From positions 3,472,001-3,536,000 of the forward strand of contig OZ176058.1 of the NCBI GenBank assembly GCA_964247055.1: a DNA stretch of 64,000 bases, read 5' to 3'. Under the pieces are notes generated by a model. The model was not told the origin of the DNA. It searched no databases and saw only the letters and a list, made by a program, of their open reading frames with translations. A program made the position numbers and the translations under genes. Source of the DNA: Paragordius varius. Its lineage: Eukaryota > Animalia > Nematomorpha. Positions 52,191 through 64,000 of the stretch are shown here, one piece after another. Each line of letters starts with the position of its first letter. Within the stretch, counting starts at the first letter, position 1.

Positions 52191-52993
52191 TTTTAAACCT
52201 CGTCTCAAACATTTATCTGACATAAATGAATATGTGAGTTTCATGTGCAAATTTATTTTTGCTTTTCACCCCAAATATGTTATTAATTTTTTTAAATTAT
52301 ATTCCCAAAAGTAAAAATAAATAATAATGACATATAAGTTTTCCATGTTTTTATTATACAATAAAACGCAAACGCGTCTTTTCTACAATTTACACAATTT
52401 TCAAATATTTTTGTAATTTCATATTGCGCCCAAATATTATATTAAGTTTTCTTGATATAGTAGGTTATCTACGACTCCTTAAACATTTGCAACATACTAA
52501 AAATAATAATTGTTATAAAAACTTATAGGTTACCGGATTTATATGACATTAATATTTACTTCGAAATTTTATATCATAGTAAATGCAATAAATTTTAAAA
52601 CATGGTTATAACTGTGGTAAAAAAATAGTTGTTTGGCACAAAGATTTTGCTTTCTGTAATCTGAAGCATAATTAAAAAATTTGTAATTTTTATTCAATTG
52701 AGGTTATAAAAAATTTAACTATAAGAAATTAATAATTTAAACAAGGATATTTATTTTCGGAAAAGTTTGCGATACTATATAGCAATTCTAAACTTATAAA
52801 ACTTACATTAAACCTTATAAAACTAATTTCTTTAAAGACTTTTTGTTTCCTAACTGTCTAATGTTCCTGTCGTAGTTTAGAAAAGTTTAAAAATACAGGT
52901 GTTTTCCTATATTGTCTGAAGACATGGTAAATATAAATTTTAATAAACATTTCTTTATGAAAATATTATTGCTTTAATATATTTGAATAAAAT

Positions 52994-53113
52994 GCGTGGG
53001 TCTCGGCCTGCTTCGTAGCCCGAGGAAGTCCTGCGGACTTCTTTAGCAAATGAACAACTCCAATCCCTCACCCTTACCCTAGCCCACAAACTCGAAACCC
53101 TTAAAGCACTTTG
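52994..53113 (+). mobile_element. Short double-hairpin repeat
   Basis: Full-length match, preceded by aaaat like the other plus-strand copies. Confidence 0.8.
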
Positions 53114-53954
53114 CCCGTGTTCAAAATATTAAAATTTTGTTTAACCTTTTTTTATATAACGTATATATTGGGTAAATTCTATACATATACTATAGTTAAA
53201 ATAAATTTAAAATATATTACCGAGAAATAACTTTAAAGTTTGAGCTAACACATATTTATACATAACTTATATTTAAAAAAATAATCTTATTGTTGTCAAA
53301 ATAGCTATGCCTTTAAAATTTTTAGGATTTCACATAAATTCTTTTTAAACTGGAAATTAACATTGAAAATAATTTATTATGAATTTTAGCCTCGATTGGA
53401 TTCATAACTTAAAGTATTACGCTAGTTTGTCATTCAGAATTCATATTTCTCCCTCAAAACATTTTTAAAATGCTATATATTTATATAATTGTACATAAAT
53501 AATTTAGTATATTTATAAACGAATTTCTACTTTTAAACCATAAGTGGTCTGGTTTGGAACAAACATCCTTTTTTCAAAAATAAATTTTTTAATTAAATTA
53601 AAATAAATAAGTATCTTTATATAGTAATATTTTAGATTTGAGAATTAATCAAATTAAATAAAACAGGTAAAATTAATATTGAAATAGCAGGAGAGATGTT
53701 TTTATCCATCGCTCTTTTTGACTGAAATTAACACAGATCTCTACTTAGTCAAATAATAATTTAAACCCTTTTCCTAACTACTATCAAACATATTTTGAGT
53801 TGAGTTAAAAATTTTTCGAAAAATATGTCAAATCTAACATAAAAATACCATTAACGTATAGTTTAGTAATAAACTACCAACATTTTTTTCATAAATATAG
53901 ATAAAAAAACTTAAAATTTGATTATTACAAAACCAATATATTTGAACAGGAAAT

Positions 53955-54064
53955 GCGTGGGTCTCGGCCTGCTTCGCAGCCTGAGGAAGTCCTGCGGACT
54001 TCTTTAAGAAAATGAACCAACTCCAATCCTTCACTCTAACCCTAGCCCACAAACTCGAAAACCC
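53955..54064 (+). mobile_element. Short double-hairpin repeat (start of unit A')
   Basis: Identical to 1-106 plus the 5' gcgtg. Confidence 0.8.
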
Positions 54065-55729
54065 TATATAATTATATCTGTGTATATTTACATAATTGAC
54101 AACCATATAATCCCAAATATTTTAGTTCGGTTTTACAATTTTAGAGTATAAAGATGAATGCTTATTGTTGAAAAAGTCTTCCAGATAAAAATATTAATTA
54201 CCTTGTTTCAAAAACGATAGGAACTAATATTAATTCATGCTTGTTAATCATAAAACCATTCAATATTATCGCATTTTGCCCAACTCCTTTATTAAAAAAG
54301 TTGGATGGAATTAGTTTAAATTTAGTTTAGGTTTCATTAATTAATAATTGATAAATTTTCAGAAATAACTGATTATTAAGTTACTTATTTCCATATAGTA
54401 TAAAAACATTTTTAACTCTTAAAGTATATGTCATAATATTTGATTAATTTTAATGATTTATTCATGAAAATAAAAGTCAACGTTTGGAATTAATCTTTTT
54501 AACAAGTAGTTAATGATTAATGGAAACAAGAATCGATATTATATTAAATAAAAGTTAAATTAAATCTTAATATTTATAACTTATTTTGAGGAAAATTTAA
54601 ACCTAGATCGCTTGAAATCTTAATAGACCGATATTGAAATAAACTAATTTCCTTATATATATTAAACCAAATGTTTAATTAATCTAGAATTAGTTCTAGA
54701 GGTAATAATTTTTTTAAATAATTAATAATTTGTTTGTTTTAGATATGCTAATAATCAGCCCATATTTGAAACATATTGCCAATTAAATTTAAAGTTTTAA
54801 AAATAAAATTGCAGATATAGAAATATAATAATAATTAGCTACAATTTAATTAGAATTAATTATGTTCTAAATTATTTTTGAGATGTTTAGAATATCAAAC
54901 TTATTACGTAATAATTTATTAATTACAATAATTTAAAATATTTTTTAGATTAATAAAATTATTATTTAATACCTAATATATATATAATTATTTATGAATT
55001 ATTTCAGACAATTTAATTAGAAATAATTTTGTATTGTAAATTCATTTTGAATCTAAAACTTATTACGTAATAATTTAATAAACTACATATATATATTTGA
55101 TTTATTAACAATATAGAATTAATTTTATTAATAATATATGTTAAAATTATTTGAGACAATCTAATTAAAATTAATTATTTTCTAAATTATTTTTGATATA
55201 TTTTTAATCTATAACTTTTCATGTAATAAATATAATATAATCTAAAATATTTCCTAAATATATATATAATTAAATTTGTTTAATCCTTAATAAATATTAT
55301 TTTTAAATTATTTTAAACTTAAATTTCTTTTTTCACAAATTAATTAATTTATTTACTTGTTACTTTATTTTGTTTATTCCAATATTCCCTTTATCCTAAA
55401 TACTAAGACATATGTGTATACTGAATAATATTTTTAGACAACACATAAAAATATTTAACATTGTAATATTGCACATAAAAGGGGGGGAATAAAATATTAC
55501 GTATGTGAAACAATGTTGCATAACACATAATAAACAAAAACAAGAAAGGGAAATGTACATAGGATTTTTCTAGAAGGGGGGAGAAAAGGCATGCAAATGC
55601 GCACAACACATTGTTTAAGATGCACGTGTTCTTTCTTTGTTCCCCCCCCCTACACATATATAAAGACAAAAAATATTTTTAAATTTATTTTTTTAAATTC
55701 TTTTTTCCAAATTTACATTTGTTGCATAG

Positions 55730-56033
55730 AATGTATTCAAGTGCTTTTCCTCTTATGCAATTCAATGTATTGCCAACATGGATGGATTATTTTATTATTC
55801 AAGTAAAATTTAATTCTATTTAATTTTAGATTATAAAACTCAATATGCAAATCAAACAGGAAATGGTGAAACCGATTATATTTTAAATGATTTCTGGTAA
55901 ATTAATTTGTTAATAATTATAGATTAAGATTAATTCAAAGTTTAAAGAACAATGTACAGTGAAAACATGTTGAGACTGATTGTGTAACCGAAATGGGAAA
56001 TTGAACTATTGCCATTTAGCCTAATTAATTCTG
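55730..56033 (+). CDS. A' copy of the three 5' exons
   Basis: Appears identical to 1768-2071. Confidence 0.45.
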
Positions 56034-57064
56034 GTAAGTTTCGCATGTTTTGTCTATTTCATTTAAAATACTTTGTTAGATAGCATTAAAATATGTTCAG
56101 AGTAGAAGAACACTATTATTGATTGCCTTAAAAAGTTAAGAGATTTTTTTTATCTTTTCTTGCTTTTGCCCAAAAAATTGATTATATCTTGGAAATTTTT
56201 AACAATGTCTCTAGATTTTATTAATTTACTCTACTTGTAAGAATAAATGGCTAATAATTGTTATATATTTCTACGAATTTTTTTAAATTTATTTTTTCGA
56301 CAAAGGAAGTTAACCTAAAAAGGTTAACACATGTTATCATTTATATTGAGGTTTATATTTTCTGGAAATTTTTTTATAATTTTTTTTTATTTACTCTACT
56401 TGTAAGAACAAATGGTTAATAATTGTTACATATTTCTACGAATTTTTTTTAAATTTATTTTTTCGATAAAGGAAGTTAACCTAAAAAGGTGAACACATGT
56501 TACCATTTATATTGAGGTGTATTTTTTCTGGAAATTTTAACAATGTTCATAGCTTTTTTTAATTTACTCTACTTGTACAAATAAATGGCAATAATTATTA
56601 CATATTTTTAGCAATTTTTAATCTTGTAAACTTTCAAATTTTATTTTTGTTAAGGGAAGTTTAACTAAAAAGGTTAACACATGTTACCATTTATATTGAG
56701 GCGTATATTATAGCAGCACTGCAAGTATCCACCTAAAGAAGAACCAAATAAATGTCTATTTATTACATTATTTATATTGAATTGGTGAATAGTTTTTTAT
56801 TCTTGGAAATATTTGTTTCTGTTATGTTTAATTTTGTTTCATGCGTGTTGAATAATAAATTTCTTTACCTAAGAAAATCAATTTATACTTGTTAAATATA
56901 AAATATTTTAGAAAAATTTCTTTATTTAAAAAATCACCAGAATTAAAAAATTTTGAAAAAAAAATAAATAAAAATTATTTGAAATGCTAAATCTTATGAA
57001 GTTGTTAAGAATGTTCAAAGGTGTTAAAAAATTTCTAAAAACAATTCTCGAAAACTCTTGTAAA

Positions 57065-60000
57065 CCCAATTTTTTACTCTAAAATGGCTCTAAAATTCTT
57101 TTAAAAATAAAAGAATGTTAAAAAGTATTAAAACTTCCTAATCTAATATAGTCCTGAACTTAAAAAAGCGGTAAAATTCCTTAAATTTTTTTAGCGCTAA
57201 ATTTTTAATTTCTAAAAAAGCAGTAAAATGACTAAAAACCGGTAGGATTATTTAAGAACCTTTTTTAAAGGCAAAAATTACCTAAAGATTTAAAAAATGG
57301 CAAATAATCTTTTAAAAAAACGCTAAAATTCTTACTAAGGTCAAAAATGCCAAAATTCTTTAAAAAAGCGTAAATTTTATTTTTAAATTTAAAAACTGCG
57401 AAAATTTTCTAAAAAACCGATATTTATCGTAAAAAACCGCTAAAATTCTAAAAAGGCTAAAACTCTTTATTATTCGCAAAGGACAAAAATTACTTATAAT
57501 TCTAAAGCAGTAAAATTTAGAAATTGCTAATATCTCTAAAAATCATCTGAAGAGGCTAATTTTCCAAAACCTATAAAAATCCTTTAAAAATTATGATTAT
57601 TTTTTTTAAATCTAATAAACAAGCGATGAAATTTAAAAACAGCTTAAAACTCTAGAAAACGCCGAATCTTAAAATTTTAAAATTTTCTAAAAATGGCAAT
57701 TTCATTTTTAAATTTTATAATTTTTTAAAAACCATTTAAATTCTTTGAAAAATTCTTTAAGAAGCGCTAAAATTTTTAAAAATTGTTAAAAAAAATTCGC
57801 AAAAAATTGCTACAATTTTTAAATTCGCTCAAAATTTCTTAAAACCGCTAAAATTGTTTAAACAAGCATAAATATTCTTTTTAAATCCAAAAAATCGCTT
57901 GAAATTTCCGTAAAACCGCTAAAATTCTCCAAAAACCGCTAAAACTATCTAAAAAGTCTATTTCTTTAAAATTATTTTTAAAACCGCTAAAATTTTTAGA
58001 AAAATCGATAAAACTCCTTTTCAATCAAAAAAATGCGCTTGTATTTTTTAAAACCGCTGAAATTCTCTAAAAATCGCTAAAATTTTTAAAAAACGTAAAA
58101 ATGTTCTTTTAAAATCGCTAAAAAGCTTAAATATCCTTTTTAAATCAAAAAATGCGCTGAAATTCTTTAAAAACCGCTAAAACTTTATAAAAACCGCTAA
58201 AACTTTCTTAAAAACCGCTAAAACTTTCTTAAAAACCGCTAAAACTTTCTAAAAACCGCTAAAACTTTTTAAAAACCGCTAAAACCTTTTTAAAAATTGC
58301 TAAAACTTTATAAAAACCGCTAAAACTTTATAAAAACTTAAAACTTTTTAAAAACTGTTAAAACTTTCTCAAAACTGTTAAAACTTTCTCAAAACTGTTA
58401 AAACTTTCTCATAACCGCTAAAACCTTTTTAAAAAACGCTAAAACTTTATAAAAACCGCTAAAATTATCTAAAAACCCTAAAACTTTCTAAAAACTGCTA
58501 ATATTTATAAAAAATCGCCAAAATTCCTTTTAAATGAAAAAACCGCTAAAACTATTTTAACACCGCTATAACCTTTCTAAAAACCGCTAAAACTTTCTAA
58601 AAACCGCTAAAACTTTCTAAAAACCGCTAAAACTTTCTAAAAACCGCTAAAACTTTCTAAAAACCGCTAAAACTTTCTCAAAACTGTTAAAACTTTCTCA
58701 TAACCGCTAAAACTTTCTCATAACTGTTAAAACTTTCTAAAAACAGCTACAACTTTCTAAAAACAGCTACAACTTTCTAAAAACAGCTACAACTTTCTAA
58801 AAACAGCTACAACTTTCTAAAAACAGCTACAACTTTCTAAAAACAGCTACAACTCTCTAAAAACAGCTACAACTTTCTAAAAACAGCTACAACTCTCTAA
58901 AAACCGCTAAAACTCTCTAAAAACCGCTAAAACCATCTAAAAACCGCTAAAACCATCTAAAAACCGCTAGAGATCTTTAAAACTGCTACAACTCTTTAAA
59001 ACTGCTACAACTCTTTAAAACCCGCTAAAACTTTCTAAAAACAACTACAACTTTCTAAAAACCGCTAAAATTCTTTAAAAAATGCTAAAACTTTTTAAAA
59101 AATGCTAAAACTCTTTAAAAATGCTAAAACTTTTTAAAAAATGCTAAAACTCTTTAAAAAATGCTAAAACTCTTTAAAAAATGCTAAAACTCTTTAAAAA
59201 TTGCTATAAAACTTCTTAAAAATTGCTATAAAACTTCTTAAAAATTGCTATAAAACTTCTTAAAAATTGCTATAAAACTCTTTTAAAACTTTTTAAAAAC
59301 AGCTACAACTATTTAAAAACCGCTAAAGCTCTCTAAAAACCGTTAGAAATCTTTAAAAACTCTTTATAAACCCCTAAAACTCTCTAAAAACCGCTAAAAC
59401 CATCTAAAAACCGTTAGAAATCTTTAAAAACCGCTAAAAATCTTTAAAAACCGCTAAAACTCTTTAAAAAGCGCTAAAACTCTTTAAAAAGCGCTAAAAC
59501 TCTTTAAAAAGCGCTAAAACTCTTTAAAAAGCGCTAAAACTCCTTAAAAATTGCTAAAACTCCTTAAAAATAGCTAAAACTCTTTTAAAACTCTCTATAA
59601 ACCGCTAAAACTTTCTAAAAACCGCTAAAACTTTGCTAAAACTCTTTAAAAACCGCTAAAACTCCTTAAAAATTGCTAAAACTCCTTAAAAATAGCTAAA
59701 ACTCTTTTAAAACTCTCTATAAACCGCTAAAACTTTCTAAAAACCGCTAAAACTTTGCTAAAACTCTTTAAAAACCGCTAAAACTCTTTAAAAACCGCTA
59801 AAGCTCTTTAAAAAATGCTAAAACTTTTTAAAAAGCGCTAAAACTCTTTAAAAAGCGCTAAAACTCTTTAAAAAGCGCTAAAACTCTTTAAAAAGCGCTA
59901 AAACTCCTTAAAAATTGCTAAAACTCCTTAAAAATAGCTAAAACTCTTTTAAAACTCTCTATAAACCGCTAAAATTTTCTAAAAACCGCTAAAACTTTGC

Positions 60001-60380
60001 TAAAACTCTTTAAAAACCGCTAAAACTCTTTAAAAACCGCTAAAGTTCTTTAAAACTAAAACTCTTTAAAAAATGCTAAAACTCCTTAAAAATTGCTATT
60101 AAACTCCTTAAAAATTGCAAAAACTCTTTTAAAACTCTCTATTAACCGCTAAAACTTTCTAAAAACCGTTAAAACTTTCTAAAAACAGCTACAACTCTTA
60201 AAAAACCGCTAAAGCTCTTTAACCGCTACAACCATTTAAAAACCGCTAACATTCTTTAAAAGTGACTAAATATTCTTTGTTTAAATCATAAAATGCTCTC
60301 TAAATTGAACAAATTATTGTCTGGAGTAACTATAGCTCAAGGTGTCAAAAACGGCAAACCTTTTTAAAAACCGCAAAATC
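57065..60380. repeat. ~20-bp satellite, array A'
   Basis: Same block order as array A, with different monomer copy numbers. Confidence 0.95.
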
Positions 60381-60483
60381 ACCTTTTTTTATTTAAATTA
60401 TATTATTTAACCAATTAGCCATTTTAAATAGCGTATTTATAATTTTAATCTCAATAGATTGTAACATACTTTTTTTTGTTTAG

Positions 60484-61444
60484 AATGCGATGTCTTACAG
60501 AAGTACGCAGGATTTCGTTGGCCTATTGCCCAACAAAACTGATGTAGAAAATACCAGGAATGTTTCGGAATTGGGTAATTATTATTTTATATTTTGTTGA
60601 TCAGTTTTCAATTATTATTTAAGTATTTTGGTTAATAATTGTTTTGTTTTATAAATCATTATTACAATAATCAACTGTTTTATGTAATTAGCTTTATCAG
60701 TTGTTTTAATTAATCAATTAATTGTTTTTAGTTTTAAAATTGGCTAGCTTGAGATATAAAAAGGTAGATTTTTAAAAAGAATATGTAGTATATATAGAAT
60801 ATAAATTTGTAATCATCTACGTTTGTAAAAATTTTTTATTTATTATAGTAACGTAATATTCAATCATCAATTGTTACATATTTCTTTAATTTACTGTAGA
60901 ATGTGTTGGTATATGCCCGAAACGGAAAGGAAGTGTATTGAAAAAGCTTAATTGAATATTACGGATGAACTCGGTAATTAATTATGTTAGATTAAATTTT
61001 AGAACAGATTTTATTTTCTCACCTTTACATTTTTTCTCAAAATAAATTAATTTTTTTATTAAAATTGATGTCGATTTTGATGCTCTTTAATTAAAGAAGA
61101 TAATTGATGTAATTAATCTTTTTTTTATTAATTACTATTTATAATAAACTACTGAGTTAAAACAAATGAGTTATTTTTTATTAAGATATATAATATTGTT
61201 CCTTTAATTTTTACCGCAAAATGACAAAATATCACTTTTTTAACATACTTTATAATTTTTTTAAAAAAACATTTTTCTTGATCAGCTGTTTTTTTGGATT
61301 AGATAATTATAATTATTTAATAGTTTCAATATATTTATTTTTTTAAATGATTAAAGATTTAGTATTTGACTTTATATTTTATTTTATTTTTAGGAAACAA
61401 TATAGTATCCATTTCATTGCTGCCATACCAAATAAACTATTTAA
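60484..61444 (+). pseudogene. Exons 1-3 of the same gene in A' (60484-60574, 60900-60973, 61394-61444)
   Basis: Exon 1 has the A-type +1 base. Exon 2 is B-like with a divergent 3' end. Confidence 0.55.
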
Positions 61445-62296
61445 GTATGATAACCAATTGTCTGATTTTTTAATTTTTTCTTTATTATTTGATAAATCAG
61501 TTGTTTTATTATTCAGTTGTTATTAATGAGTTGTTTTATTAATCAGTTGTTTTAATTAATTAGTTGTATTTATTTATTATTTGTTTTAAATAATCATTTT
61601 TTATTAATCATTTTTTATTAATCAGTTTTTCAGTTGTTTTTATTAATCAGTTTTAATTAATCTGTTGTTTTTAATTATTATTTGTTTTTAACAATCAGCT
61701 GTTTTATTAATTAGGTTTAAAGCACTAGGGTTTTGAGTTTTTTCTTAAAGAAGTCCGCTATAAATTTATATAACCTTTTTTCTGACACATCTCTTCTCAC
61801 AAGAAAATGCCCTCTTGATTAAAGTTTTTGAATAAAATTTTTAGAAAACTTATTTTAAACCACAATAAGGGTTTCTAGTTTTAAGTTAGGGTCAGGTTTT
61901 TAAAGAAGTCCGCAAATTAATATATATATTGGTTGTTTGAGGTATTTACGCAAAAACCTCTGACATAGACAACTGATTTCTTGGAAACTTTTCATTTTTT
62001 TGGATAAATTTCATATAATTCTTTTGTTATATATTAGGATTAAAGTATCACCTGTTTTTGGTGTAATATGACTAAATTTAATTTTACCAAATTTGTTTAA
62101 ATCATAAAATGCTCTCTAAATTGAACAAATTATTGTCTGGAGTAACTATAGCTCAAGGTGTCAAAAACGGCAAACCTTTTTAAAAACCGCAAAATCACCT
62201 TTTTTTATTTAAATTATATTATTTAACCAATTAACCATTTTAAATAGCGTATTTATAATTTTAATCTCGATATATTGTAACATTTTTTTTGTTTAG

Positions 62297-62383
62297 AATG
62301 TGATGTCTTACGAAATACGCAGGACTTCCTTGGCCTACTGTCCAACAAAACTGTATAAATCAATCGGAATGTTTCGGAATTGG
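62297..62383 (+). CDS. Fourth, more diverged copy of exon 1 (NVMSYEIRRTSLAYCPTKLYKSIGMFRNW)
   Basis: TTTAG|...|GTAATT, 87 nt, no stops. Differs from B by synonymous TCG/TCC, TAT/TAC and TGC/TGT plus V/I, which fixes the frame. Confidence 0.6.
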
Positions 62384-62419
62384 GTAATTATTATTTTATA
62401 TTTTGTTGATCAGTTTTGA

Positions 62420-63480
62420 ATTAAAAATTTTCAAATTTTTAAATTTAAAACAGTAAAATTTTCTTATTTTAAAACATAAAAAGGCCATTTTTTTAAATAT
62501 CTAATAATCTGCTATTTTTTTAAAAAAATTGCTAGAATCATACAAAAAACCGCTATTTTATAAAATATCAGAAGATTTTCACTACAAAATTCTCTGAAAA
62601 ACAATTTTCTTAAAAACTACTAAAATTATCTAAAAATGCTAATTATTCTAAATTTAAAACAGTAATTTTTTTTAAAAAAATACAAAATTTTCTAAAAAAC
62701 AGTTAAAATATTATAAAAATCGCTAAAACTTTTTAATAACAGCTTAAACTATTGGCTATTTCAAATATTTTATTTAAAAAATCGCCAAAATTTTAAAATA
62801 GCTTTTAGTTTTTAAAACACTAACTTTTATTAAAAAACCGCTGTTTATTAAAAACCAATAACCGCTAAATATAAAAGTTTATTGTTAAAAATAGCTAATT
62901 ATATTGAAAAACAGTTAATTTTTTATTAAATTTTTTTATAAAGATGCTCTAAATCTTTTCTAAAAACCGATAAAATAAATCCTTTTTTAAAACCGCTAAA
63001 TCTTCTCTAAAAACCGGCCAAAGTTTAAAATTTATTTTTATACCAAAATCTTTGTAAAAAAACTACAAATCATTTAAAAAACCACTATTTTAAAAAAAAA
63101 ACATAAAATTAAAAACCACAAACTTTTTTAAAAACCGCATATAATCCGCTAAATTTTCTTTCAAACCCATTAAATATTATAAAAACCGCCTATTTATATT
63201 AAAAAACAGCAAAATTCTTCTTAAAACCTCTAATCTTTTTAAAGAGAATCACTATTTTATTATTAAAATACCACTAAAATCGTTTCTAAAAGCCGTTAAA
63301 CTTTATTACCAAAAACTTCCACTTGAATGACTACTAACCTTTATTATGAATCTCCAAGGTTTTTAAAAAACACAAAATTCCTTTTTAATATCAGCAAATT
63401 CTTGTATAACCGGAATCTTTTATTAAACAACCCCTATAGTTTAGTTAATATTGGCTAATTTTTTTTTAATTTACCGCTAA
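62420..63480. repeat. Old degenerate relative of the ACCGCTAAA satellite
   Basis: Scattered aaaaccgctaaa / aaaaccactaaa cores at roughly 20-bp spacing. Confidence 0.7.
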
Positions 63481-64000
63481 TTTAAAAAAATTACTAATTT
63501 TTTTATTAAAATACTGTTTATAATAATCAGATACTATCATTTATTACTATTAAATTGACTATTTATATATTTTTCTTCATTTCATTAATTTATAATGATG
63601 TTGTGTCCGACACAAAAATCGACCCAAAGTTTAACTTAGAATGAAAACAATGTTTACAATATATTTTCCCTAAGTTATCTATTTTGAAAATAATTTTAGG
63701 TTTTTACAAGCGGAAAGTTAAAACCGCATTTTAAAATATGTTTTTTAAATACCTTTATTGTAGAATTGATTAATATTTAACATGTTTTATATATATATAT
63801 ATATATATATCTTAAATTTAATATGTTTTTATATATATTTCTCATTTTTATCAGAAATTATACATTAATTAAATTTAGTATTTACCTTTATTTAACGTTT
63901 TTTCTATTTTATTGCTAGGAAACAGATCAAATAGCCAGTAGCCCGCTAAACAATTAAAGCAAAATAAATATTCAAGTATTTATTTTTTTTCGTTATCTTA

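Larger units (their letters stand above)
53955..62091. repeat. Segmental duplication unit A' (recent, partial copy of A 1-11170)
   Basis: Position 1 corresponds to 53960 and the first ~1.2 kb look identical. Lacks the 3104-4677 insertion and ~1 kb of satellite. Breaks off at ...aattttaccaa. Confidence 0.95.

Noticed and set aside
63919-63975. AG/GT-bounded exon-like segment at the window end
   Set aside because: Too short and single-copy, so the frame cannot be supported.

Overview
Very AT-rich eukaryotic DNA built from three copies of a ~20-23 kb segmental duplication: A 1-19.9 kb, B 22.8-46.3 kb, and A' 53.96-62.1 kb (near-identical to A). Each copy carries an intronic ~20-bp AAAAACCGCTAAAACT satellite. 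Mobile elements are a non-autonomous hAT-type insertion with an empty site in A', a short double-hairpin dispersed repeat, three RTE-like LINE 3' fragments, and a decayed Ty3/Gypsy pol split at its YLDD motif by a 718-bp foldback. The standard-code ORF track misses most host coding sequence. Comparing the copies by eye gives a 13-exon plus-strand gene (9549-16528 / 35967-42994) and a nested antisense gene with two 17-nt GT-AG introns (39134-39608 / 12713-13209). In both, splice phases and synonymous changes point to frames containing TAA, TAG and TGA codons shared by both copies, with no shared frameshifts. This suggests a code in which TAA/TAG = Gln and TGA = Trp or stop (karyorelict-type, NCBI table 27). 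It is an inference. Each copy of the long gene is individually damaged, so old standard-code pseudogenes are not excluded, and no product could be named.
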